Virus record (IMG/VR): IMGVR_UViG_3300025098_000064
Span: 1-53,064 of that record
From: a virus
Taxonomy: Duplodnaviria; Caudoviricetes
Reading direction: 5' to 3' (one strand)
Length of the DNA stretch: 53,064 nucleotides
The position numbers and the translations under genes are program-made. Every line of letters starts with the position of its first letter. The stretch's first letter is position 1. The notes beneath the pieces are model-generated. The model was not told the origin of the DNA, ran no database searches, and was given only the letters and a program-made list of their open reading frames with translations. Below, one piece after another: positions 46,401-53,064 of this stretch.

Positions 46401-47537
46401 ATAACTGGTATGGCAGCCATGTTGACGACTCAAGGTCTAATGACTGGTTATGGTCCAGAGCCTGGGCCTAGGCGAGAACAGTGGTTACAAGATCATGAGC
46501 CTATAAGTGTTTGGGTTGGTCCTTTTGACGAACTTATGAAGTCAAAAGAAGATAGAAATTATAAAAAAGGTAAGTGGGTTTCTTTTGCCCCTTTACCTGG
46601 ATTTGCAATTCTTTTATCTACTACATCTGACTTGGTAACTAATGCCGGTAAGTTAGCTCAAGGTGATTATGAATACTTAGCAGGTGCTCTTCCTTTCTTT
46701 GCTGCTAATGCGATTCTTGAGCAGCCAATGTTTCAAGGTGTTTTAAACATGGCTGAAATATTTGACTTGCGTAATGAGACTCCTGAGGGACTTACTGCCA
46801 AGGTTTATGAAATGGGTAATACGGTTTTAGGTAATTCATCTGCTCGTCGTCACCTTCAAAGCCTTCTCTCATCAAACATGCACGAATACCAAACTTGGTA
46901 TCAAACTGCTTTGAACAAGATGACTGGCGGCTTAGCTGCTCCTGCTATGGAAGCACTTGGTCTTGAGAGTGGAAAAGTACTTAAGCCAGACATTTTAACT
47001 GGCCTTGATATCCCTAATAAGTACAATAATCCTGTTAACAGTCTAAATCCATTTACTGTTATCGGTAAACATGCTAGTCCATTGTTAGATGAGTTTGCAA
47101 GGCTTGAATATCCAATTAATCTTGCCCATCCAAAAAGGATCGGTGGGGTAACTATGGATCCCAGTGAAGAGCGACTTTATCGACTAGCTATGTATGACAA
47201 TGGTAACTTTGCTAAACAACTTACAGACAAGTTGAGAAGTACTGATTTCCAACGTGCCTATAACAGTTGGCGAGACCGTGTAGAAGGTCGAGATGTCTTA
47301 CCGGCAGAACCACGTAAGGAAAGTTCTTGGTATGGAATGCTTGATAAGCTTGTAGCAGCAGCTAATGAACGTGGGCGTAACGCTCTCGTAAAGGGTGATA
47401 ACCCCGTATCTATTAACTGGAAAAATACTTATGCTGAACGTAGTGCAAAGCTAGGTTCAGGCAAAGAAGATCCTGCTAGCTTCGATGTAATTAATAATAT
47501 TAAAGACTACGCCGCGTTTACTCAACCAACCAAGTAA
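43407..47537 (+). CDS. Internal virion protein (T7 gp16-like), phage B
   Basis: 1376 aa between gp15 and the tail fibre; INSLLSSPLTHTRNIAGN and LQAGDDFTK motifs. Confidence 0.8.
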   Translation: MEELNFTEEEKAYWDKVNQQNRESYLRDNPEEDPALPEITSESLTDEESAEIDAEIEQEEEEEFEARRDLNWVDNAMLGLRDSIDDNFQGNSQTREEIEERFIEKRGEREKQIQSNPIRQVLAETTGAVEGASAQTIETLGETVELGIDTLRAGIKTVLPGQEDPKNIPWNENYEWADWDLGTANAKTPVGKFAEQMIAVVIGMKGLKAAGVGVGGGKTLQSRVASETFRGALYDFFSEPGEGNMSNLVQSGPFANNLSKALAHDEFDNPWIRRLKNMIEGGIIGTAVDGLQEAYGAFRAGRKAKLDALAEGESRARAAEKAVEATRKYAYGEQPELDLGKPVKGKKKKISSKSASGNVYETTSQPIDYKPPEPKQGELDLDIRVNKQGELDFGPDRPDLDPGNAARKAENVQNSGRPSTVSTDNQVRQIWESDPNRKTPYDELTDLQKSDLTKAYRASNMLVEGKPALFDPQDRVQQTRKFNINESVSSFWEGPLGSGKSLVNEADISRLKDIDQLKSFIKEQIPDIDVDYLTARLRRQPEEHVLKTMQSLAQFADTRNPALLEPLRFKSTLDIKGVDAGGAVVLDTLVNSVSERISFLAEEAYQLTQFDVPFKLQARQILDRGEALLTMKKEATRFSSDNLKNWGDVPPDTLRALEADNAIISKVFRDMREGLEATDPLAIKRFQKQFGKLSIALAHSKGDPTAITNVIYGIGKVGFKRVESVYINSLLSSPLTHTRNIAGNTIAMGERTASRTVGNLLTGDFKGARLGAASFDSIYTTFVESLAVAKSSFNSPYAITTPKSNLTNFVLEDRKAIVNMRRSAGPAGRIAGDLALTAFDLFNNIWFNWPGKALQAGDDFTKSMLARMELRYEAAVEADRLAGEGASFKSREELYQTLSTRKLSASGEILDHKLVKITEDAAFQRDLEGWAGSMSAGVQKLPGGRLVLPFFRTGHNISRYALQLSPLAKLSSEHRHVMKYGTPDEQAIMRGRMALGSTITGMAAMLTTQGLMTGYGPEPGPRREQWLQDHEPISVWVGPFDELMKSKEDRNYKKGKWVSFAPLPGFAILLSTTSDLVTNAGKLAQGDYEYLAGALPFFAANAILEQPMFQGVLNMAEIFDLRNETPEGLTAKVYEMGNTVLGNSSARRHLQSLLSSNMHEYQTWYQTALNKMTGGLAAPAMEALGLESGKVLKPDILTGLDIPNKYNNPVNSLNPFTVIGKHASPLLDEFARLEYPINLAHPKRIGGVTMDPSEERLYRLAMYDNGNFAKQLTDKLRSTDFQRAYNSWRDRVEGRDVLPAEPRKESSWYGMLDKLVAAANERGRNALVKGDNPVSINWKNTYAERSAKLGSGKEDPASFDVINNIKDYAAFTQPTK

Positions 47538-47553
47538 CTTATTTGTCTAGACT

Positions 47554-48999
47554 ATGGCAACTACATCCAATACTTATACTGGAGATGGGTCAACGACCCT
47601 CTTCAGTTTTACATTCCCCTATATTTCTGAAAGTGATGTCAAGGTACAACTTGACGGAACTGCTACAACACAATTTACTTTTTCCAACGCCACTACTCTA
47701 GCTCTTACTACTGCACCTGCATCGGGTGTAACCATTACTATCTTTAGAGAAACCAATATTGAAGATGTTGCGTCGGCATTTTATGCTGGTTCTTCAATTA
47801 AGGCTAAAGATCTAAACGATAACTTCATTCAGACTCTGTATGTCTCACAGGAAGTTTCTAATGAAGCATTAAGTACCCTAGGAGGTACTCTTATTGGTCA
47901 GCTCGATATGAGCAACCAAAAGATTGTAAGCCTAGGAACGCCTACAGCGGCTACTGACGCTAGTACTCGCGGCTATGTAGACGGCTTAATCACTACACAC
48001 CAAGCTCAAGTAGATGCAGCGGCAGCATCTGCTACAGCATCGGCCTCTTCTGCTTCTAGTTCGGCCACCTCAGCTACTAATTCAGCGACAAGTGCGAGTA
48101 CTTCAAGCACTCAAGCTACAAACTCAGCTAATAGTGCAACAGCTAGCGCTAATAGCGCCACAGCATCGGCCAACAGTGCCACAGCATCGGCGAATAGCGC
48201 TACTACAGCTGCTAATGAAGCGGTTACGGCTACTACACAGGCTACAAACGCTTCAAATAGTGCATCTACAGCTACGACCCAGGCTACAAATGCTTCCACT
48301 AGTGCTTCAGCAGCTGCTACAAGTGCAAGTCAAGCCTCTACATCAGAGACAAACGCAGCCAATAGCGCCACAGACTCGTCAAACAGTGCAACGTCAGCTG
48401 CTACTTCGGCAGCTTCTGCACTTGCAGCATTCGATAACTTTGACGATACCTATCTAGGAGCTAAGGCTGCTGATCCCACTGTTGATAATGATGGAGATGC
48501 GTTGACTGCAGGTGACCTGTACTTCAACACAACTAACGAGGTGATGAAGCTGTACACAGGAACTGCATGGGTAATTGCCTATGTACCTGGAGATGCAGCA
48601 AACATTACATTTACAGCAGCTGGTAACTTAGCCGGAACAAATGTACAGGCAGCTATCCAAGAGTTAGATACAGAAAAGATCCAAAAGACAAGTGCGACGG
48701 GTGCTGCAAAACTACCTAGTGGAACTGCAGCTCAACGTGACAATTCACCTGCTGCTGGTTATATCCGGTTTAACACTGATGTAACCCAATTTGAAGGTTA
48801 TACAGGCACAGCTTGGGCAAGTGTCGGCGGTGGTGCAACAGGTGGCGGAAGTGATACGTGGGCTGTCGAACATGACAACACGATCACGCAATCGTACACA
48901 ATTGGTACTGGTAAGAATGTTATTAGTGCTGGACCGTTGACGGTCAATAGCGGTGCAACTGTCACCGTACCTTCAGGATCTAACTGGGTAATTGTTTAA
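47554..48999 (+). CDS. Tail fibre protein, T7 gp17-like, phage B
   Basis: YTGDGSTTLFSFTFPYI N-terminal domain. Collinear with 3620..5221 except that it lacks a roughly 51-aa insert. Confidence 0.88.
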   Translation: MATTSNTYTGDGSTTLFSFTFPYISESDVKVQLDGTATTQFTFSNATTLALTTAPASGVTITIFRETNIEDVASAFYAGSSIKAKDLNDNFIQTLYVSQEVSNEALSTLGGTLIGQLDMSNQKIVSLGTPTAATDASTRGYVDGLITTHQAQVDAAAASATASASSASSSATSATNSATSASTSSTQATNSANSATASANSATASANSATASANSATTAANEAVTATTQATNASNSASTATTQATNASTSASAAATSASQASTSETNAANSATDSSNSATSAATSAASALAAFDNFDDTYLGAKAADPTVDNDGDALTAGDLYFNTTNEVMKLYTGTAWVIAYVPGDAANITFTAAGNLAGTNVQAAIQELDTEKIQKTSATGAAKLPSGTAAQRDNSPAAGYIRFNTDVTQFEGYTGTAWASVGGGATGGGSDTWAVEHDNTITQSYTIGTGKNVISAGPLTVNSGATVTVPSGSNWVIV

Positions 49000-49001
49000 C
49001 T

Positions 49002-50477
49002 ATGACTATTAAAATTAACGGTACTAATACAACCGCACAACCAAGTATTACAGGAACAGATACTGACACGGGTCTGGTCTACGGAACAGATGAAGTCAGT
49101 ATTGTTACTGGCGGCGTTGAGAAAATAAAAACCACTAACACTGGTTTTGATCTTAACCTTGATGCCAACACTGATTCTCTAACAATTGAAAACACAGCAG
49201 GTGATGGATTATATTTTGCTCCTGGTATGGGTCTTGATGATTGGAGTCGGCAAGTATTTAGAATTGAAAGAAAATCGCTGCAGGCATCACCTGGAGACGT
49301 GAGAGCTGCTGATGTTAATCTTCTTAGTATTGCTGCATCTGGTTCTGTTTATGGTGCTAGAAGTATGCTCGCAGGAGTGTCGCAAACGGATGCAGATCAG
49401 CCAGTTAGCACATACATACCAGATAACAATATTGGCTTTACAGCGTTTCAAGGCACAACTGACCAAACAGGTTATCGTGCAAGAGTCCACTTGAGATGTT
49501 CAACTAGCGATGATGACGATCTTGCTTGTTTTTATTACACAGACTCGAATGATGCTACAACACCTATTGATTATGATGCAGATCAAACATTAAGGATGAC
49601 CGGTTCAGGCAGAATTAATTGTAAAAAAACTTTCTATGCAGGAAGAGTTGAGTCTGACGAAGGTAGTCCTAATAGTGTTTATAATAGTTCTGCTACTGGG
49701 ATATATGCTTACCAGGGTTCTGGTGAAGGCAATATAAGGATGATCGCATATTCAACACCGTCATCAAGTCATAACAGTTTTTATGCAGAGACTGGAACAT
49801 CAACTGCTAATGATGATGTTCAATTTAGAGTAAGAGCAACTGATGGGAAAATATATTCTGATGCTGGCGGCAGTGTTTCATCAGGTGCTGACTATGCCGA
49901 ATCTTTTGAGTGGTTAGACGGTAACCCAGAAAATGAGGATAGAGTTGGATATAGTGTTGTTTTACAAGACGGTAAAATTAGAAAGGCACTAGATACTGAT
50001 GCTACTTCACAAATCATAGGAATTATTTCTGCAGCGCCTGCTGTACTGGGTGATTCTGCTGATTTAAAATGGCAAGGACGTTATCTCAAAGACGATTTTG
50101 GGAGAGAAATAATGCAACATATTGAACTGCTCGTTTGGAATCATGGTGAAAATGAATATCAGCCTGATAAGAATGATCTATTTAGGCTGCAAAGTTGTGA
50201 CAGTTCTTGCGCAGTTTCCGAAATTGAAGAAAAACTTGCTAGTGGTGAAATTAAACAGTGGATGGTAGATCAAGATTTGAGAATTACGTCACAAGTCAGA
50301 ACACCTAATCCAGATTTTGACCCATCTAGTTGTTATGTCCCAAGGTCTGAACGGCCTGAATGGGATCCAGTCGGCTTGATGGGTAAATTATGGATGAGAC
50401 CAAATCAGCCCACTGGCGATCGTTGGTTAAAACTTAGAGATGGAAACAATGGACTTACTTACTGGTTGGTGCGCTAA
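49002..50477 (+). CDS. Tail fibre/spike (slot 1, phage B) with C-terminal Peptidase_G2-like intramolecular chaperone
   Basis: GADYAESFEWLDGNPENEDRVGYSVVL...YVPRSERPEWDPVGLMGKL matches the autocleaved chaperone pattern. Confidence 0.8.
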   Translation: MTIKINGTNTTAQPSITGTDTDTGLVYGTDEVSIVTGGVEKIKTTNTGFDLNLDANTDSLTIENTAGDGLYFAPGMGLDDWSRQVFRIERKSLQASPGDVRAADVNLLSIAASGSVYGARSMLAGVSQTDADQPVSTYIPDNNIGFTAFQGTTDQTGYRARVHLRCSTSDDDDLACFYYTDSNDATTPIDYDADQTLRMTGSGRINCKKTFYAGRVESDEGSPNSVYNSSATGIYAYQGSGEGNIRMIAYSTPSSSHNSFYAETGTSTANDDVQFRVRATDGKIYSDAGGSVSSGADYAESFEWLDGNPENEDRVGYSVVLQDGKIRKALDTDATSQIIGIISAAPAVLGDSADLKWQGRYLKDDFGREIMQHIELLVWNHGENEYQPDKNDLFRLQSCDSSCAVSEIEEKLASGEIKQWMVDQDLRITSQVRTPNPDFDPSSCYVPRSERPEWDPVGLMGKLWMRPNQPTGDRWLKLRDGNNGLTYWLVR

Positions 50478-50479
50478 TT

Positions 50480-51118
50480 ATGCCTATTAAATTAAACGGG
50501 GCAACGTCTGGTTCGGTTGAACTGGGTGTGCCCGCAGCTATTGGATCGGACATCAGTTTTACATTGCCAAGTGCTGATGGAAATGCTGGTCAATTTCTTA
50601 AAACAGACGGTAGTAATCAGCTTACATTTACAAACGAGCTGCCAAATAATTATGCCTTCCTGCGCTACAAAGAAGCTGGTAGTGCCTTATCTAGAAATAT
50701 AGGTACAACAGAAACAACTGACCCCGATATTTCAGTTACTACTACTGGGTATAAGCGTGGAGATATTATTATTGTATACGCTTATGTTCCTGTTGGTATT
50801 GCTTTAGCGTCAACTGATCAACAGAATTATGTGGGATTACACATTAGACCGAGGTTATTTTCTGGCTCTACTGTTTTGCAAGGACAAGATACAAAAGTCT
50901 GGTTGCGAATGGATGGCCGCGCTACTAAAGAGGCAATGCAGTTAGGCTGTTGTTTTGCGTTCCTGCAACCAGATAGTACAACCTTTAATGACGGCGACGA
51001 TATTACTTTTACCTGCACTTATCAACAGTATTCATTAGTAGCTTCGGGTTCTACTGGCGTATGTAATTGGCTCGGCAGGCGTCATTTTCAGCTATTTCAT
51101 TATAGAAAGGAGATCTAA
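50480..51118 (+). CDS. Accessory tail fibre protein (slot 2, phage B)
   Basis: N-terminus shared with 7168..7794; the C-terminal domain is unrelated. Confidence 0.7.
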   Translation: MPIKLNGATSGSVELGVPAAIGSDISFTLPSADGNAGQFLKTDGSNQLTFTNELPNNYAFLRYKEAGSALSRNIGTTETTDPDISVTTTGYKRGDIIIVYAYVPVGIALASTDQQNYVGLHIRPRLFSGSTVLQGQDTKVWLRMDGRATKEAMQLGCCFAFLQPDSTTFNDGDDITFTCTYQQYSLVASGSTGVCNWLGRRHFQLFHYRKEI

Positions 51119-51483
51119 TGTCATACACAATTTCACAGCTAATGCAAGCTGCTCAGCAACTTAATGCCACAGGCACTTTTGGTGTTGATGGGGTTAGTTG
51201 GAACGATATTACAGAAGAGGCGCTGCTAGTAGCATCTTCTGAACAAACTTTTGGTGTAGAGCCTTCTGTGTTTGTTGCACATCTACAAGCCAATGCTGTT
51301 TGGAATGATGTACGAACTACTCGCAACATTCGTCTTCAAGACTGTGATTGGACGGTCGGCAATGATTCCCCCTTGTCTGATACACAAAAAGATGTTTGGC
51401 AAACTTATAGACAAGCACTACGCGATGTGACTACACAAAGCAACCCAACAAACATCACTTGGCCTACTAAACCGGGAGCATAA
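51118..51483 (+). CDS. Tail fibre assembly chaperone
   Basis: WNDVRTTRNIRLQDCDWT...WQTYRQALRDVT...ITWPTKP is the typical tail assembly chaperone signature. Confidence 0.82.
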   Translation: MSYTISQLMQAAQQLNATGTFGVDGVSWNDITEEALLVASSEQTFGVEPSVFVAHLQANAVWNDVRTTRNIRLQDCDWTVGNDSPLSDTQKDVWQTYRQALRDVTTQSNPTNITWPTKPGA

Positions 51484-51485
51484 AT

Positions 51486-52598
51486 ATGAGTACAATTAAA
51501 GTAAATAATATCGACCCACCTAATGTAGGTGAGGGCGTCAGTATTGACGGCTTGCAGATGCCAACTGCTGGGGCGTTAAGTAACAGGAACCTCGTGATTA
51601 ATGGGGATCATAGAGTGCATCAAAGAGGCACTAGCGTAAGCCTGACTGATGGTACTGCAACATTTCTTACCGATAGATTTCAAGCGTATGAAAGTACAGG
51701 CGGCTCGCTTAATATGGCAAATGTAGCTGAAGGCCCAGATAATTTTGTTAACTCTACAAAAATTACTGTTACATCTGCAGACACTAGCTTGTCTACAGGC
51801 CAGCAAACTTGGATCCGGCATCGTGTCGAAGGAAACAATATTGCACATTTAAATTGGGGATCATCAGCAGCGCAAACTGTTACCTTATCTTTTTATGTTC
51901 GTTCAAGTGTTACAGGGTCATTCTCTGTTTCACTTCAAAACTCAGCAGGCAATAGAGTATACCCTGTTTTGTATACAATTTCAGCAGCAAATACCTGGGA
52001 AAGGAAAACTATAACTATTCCTGGAGAAACTTCGGGTACTTGGTATACGGATAACAGAACAGGTATCACAATTTACTGGAGCTTTGGTATGGCTAGTAAT
52101 TTGCAGGGTACTCCAGGTCAATGGAATAGCTCTTCTGCTAGAACTGCAACTGGTGAAACACAGTTGATCGCTACTAATGGTGCAACTTGGCAAATCACTG
52201 GCGTCCAATTAGAGGTCGGTTCCAAGGCCACCCCTTTTGAACACGAAAGCTATGGTCAGACTTTGGCTAAGTGTCAGAGGTATCGATATCAAATAGACTT
52301 AGGAGATGAAAGTGCGCCACAACACTATCTAATGTCGCGGTTTGAGGCATCAGCGGGTCCTGCATATGCTTTTGTGCCATTCCCGGCTGAAATGCGGATA
52401 GCACCTAATTTTACATATACAGGAGGAACGGCTTCTTCTTCTGGTTATGCAGGGAATCCATCAATGAATAGATCAACACCATCAGGAGCTAACCTTATAT
52501 CATCACGAAATATAAGTGCAAACTTTACAGTATATTTAAGACCGACTGCGCTCCCTAGTAGTGGTATTCTTATTCTAAATTTTGATGCTGAACTATGA
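51486..52598 (+). CDS. Accessory tail fibre protein (slot 3, phage B/A junction)
   Basis: The first 36 aa and last about 127 aa are identical to 7795..8964; the middle domain is divergent. Confidence 0.75.
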   Translation: MSTIKVNNIDPPNVGEGVSIDGLQMPTAGALSNRNLVINGDHRVHQRGTSVSLTDGTATFLTDRFQAYESTGGSLNMANVAEGPDNFVNSTKITVTSADTSLSTGQQTWIRHRVEGNNIAHLNWGSSAAQTVTLSFYVRSSVTGSFSVSLQNSAGNRVYPVLYTISAANTWERKTITIPGETSGTWYTDNRTGITIYWSFGMASNLQGTPGQWNSSSARTATGETQLIATNGATWQITGVQLEVGSKATPFEHESYGQTLAKCQRYRYQIDLGDESAPQHYLMSRFEASAGPAYAFVPFPAEMRIAPNFTYTGGTASSSGYAGNPSMNRSTPSGANLISSRNISANFTVYLRPTALPSSGILILNFDAEL

Positions 52599-52646
52599 AC
52601 TACAAACTAATGTACCACGAGCCAGATTTTCCTGGTAACTGTGTTG
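52263..52646. repeat. 384-bp perfect direct repeat, copy 2
   Basis: Identical to 8629..9012. Confidence 0.95.
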
Positions 52647-52771
52647 TTATGAAACTTGAAGATGGTGTAAATCCTTTATACATAGTAAAAGGAGAATCTA
52701 ATACCGACTATCAAGAATATCTCGAATGGCTAGCCGAAGGCAACGAACCACTACCCGCTGATGAACCATGA
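52595..52771 (+). CDS. Small tail-fibre-associated protein (58 aa)
   Basis: Paralog of 8961..9134 (…NTDYQEYLEWLAEGNEPLPADEP*). Confidence 0.75.
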   Translation: MNYKLMYHEPDFPGNCVVMKLEDGVNPLYIVKGESNTDYQEYLEWLAEGNEPLPADEP

Positions 52772-52932
52772 TTACACTTATTAGACCACTACTATTTTCA
52801 TTCTTACAATCTGATCGTGTTAAAGCATTGATTGTAGAAATGCTAGAGAAACTGTGTGAGTCAACCGATAATGATATCGATGACAAAGCAGTTGAATTTA
52901 TCCGTAACGGTTTATTCCCGGTTAAGAAATGA
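52768..52932 (+). CDS. Conserved cyanopodovirus-type small protein (54 aa), phage A
   Basis: MITLIRPLLFSFLQSDRVKALIVEMLEKLCESTDNDIDDKAVEFIRNGLFPVKK*, with ATGA overlaps at both ends. Confidence 0.7.
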   Translation: MITLIRPLLFSFLQSDRVKALIVEMLEKLCESTDNDIDDKAVEFIRNGLFPVKK

Positions 52933-53064
52933 ACCTAGGGGAGCCACCACTGTTCCCCTCTATAACGCTCCCTGAACCGCTTCAATTACCTCCACCAATA
53001 CTAGAGGTGCCACGGGCAGATATACCCTCTTACAAGCCCTTGGTAGTACCTCCTAGCGACCTTA
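52929..53064 (+). CDS. Pro-rich hypothetical protein, 3'-truncated, phage A
   Basis: MNLGEPPLFPSITLPEPLQLPPPILEVPRADIPSYKPLVVPPSDL, open to the window end. Confidence 0.55.
   Translation, partial: MNLGEPPLFPSITLPEPLQLPPPILEVPRADIPSYKPLVVPPSDL

Noticed and set aside
52263-52646. Repeat as the phage direct terminal repeat or as attL/attR
   Set aside because: It lies inside tail genes, not at the late/early boundary near 15085-15525, and it is unrelated to the intact tRNA-like attP at 22037.

Overview
All genes lie on the + strand and belong to T7-like cyanobacterial podoviruses (Autographiviridae-type). The window reads as two different phages joined through one perfect 384-bp repeat (8629-9012 = 52263-52646, offset 43,634 bp). 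Between the repeat copies is one complete, circularly permuted 43.6-kb genome ('phage B'). Its order is lysis/packaging genes, terminase, thyX, a probable terminal non-coding region, early genes, RNA polymerase, a MarR-like regulator, a tyrosine integrase with a tRNA-Leu attP, SSB, endonuclease, primase-helicase, thioredoxin, DNA polymerase, exonuclease, a two-subunit ribonucleotide reductase, portal, scaffold, a glutamine riboswitch with a DUF4278-type peptide, capsid, tail tubes, internal virion proteins and a tail-fibre cassette. I saw no psbA or hli. The flanks (1-8628 and 52647-53064) belong to a second, divergent phage ('phage A') with its own gp16-like protein and a syntenic but domain-swapped tail cassette. 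The main items for follow-up are the A-B-A architecture (assembly chimera or co-integrate), the slot-based tail-fibre system with conserved N-terminal peptides, a 13-bp asymmetric TCCACT-N4-CAG motif before early and middle genes, and a riboswitch within the head operon. All calls come from reading motifs and synteny by eye; no database searches were run.
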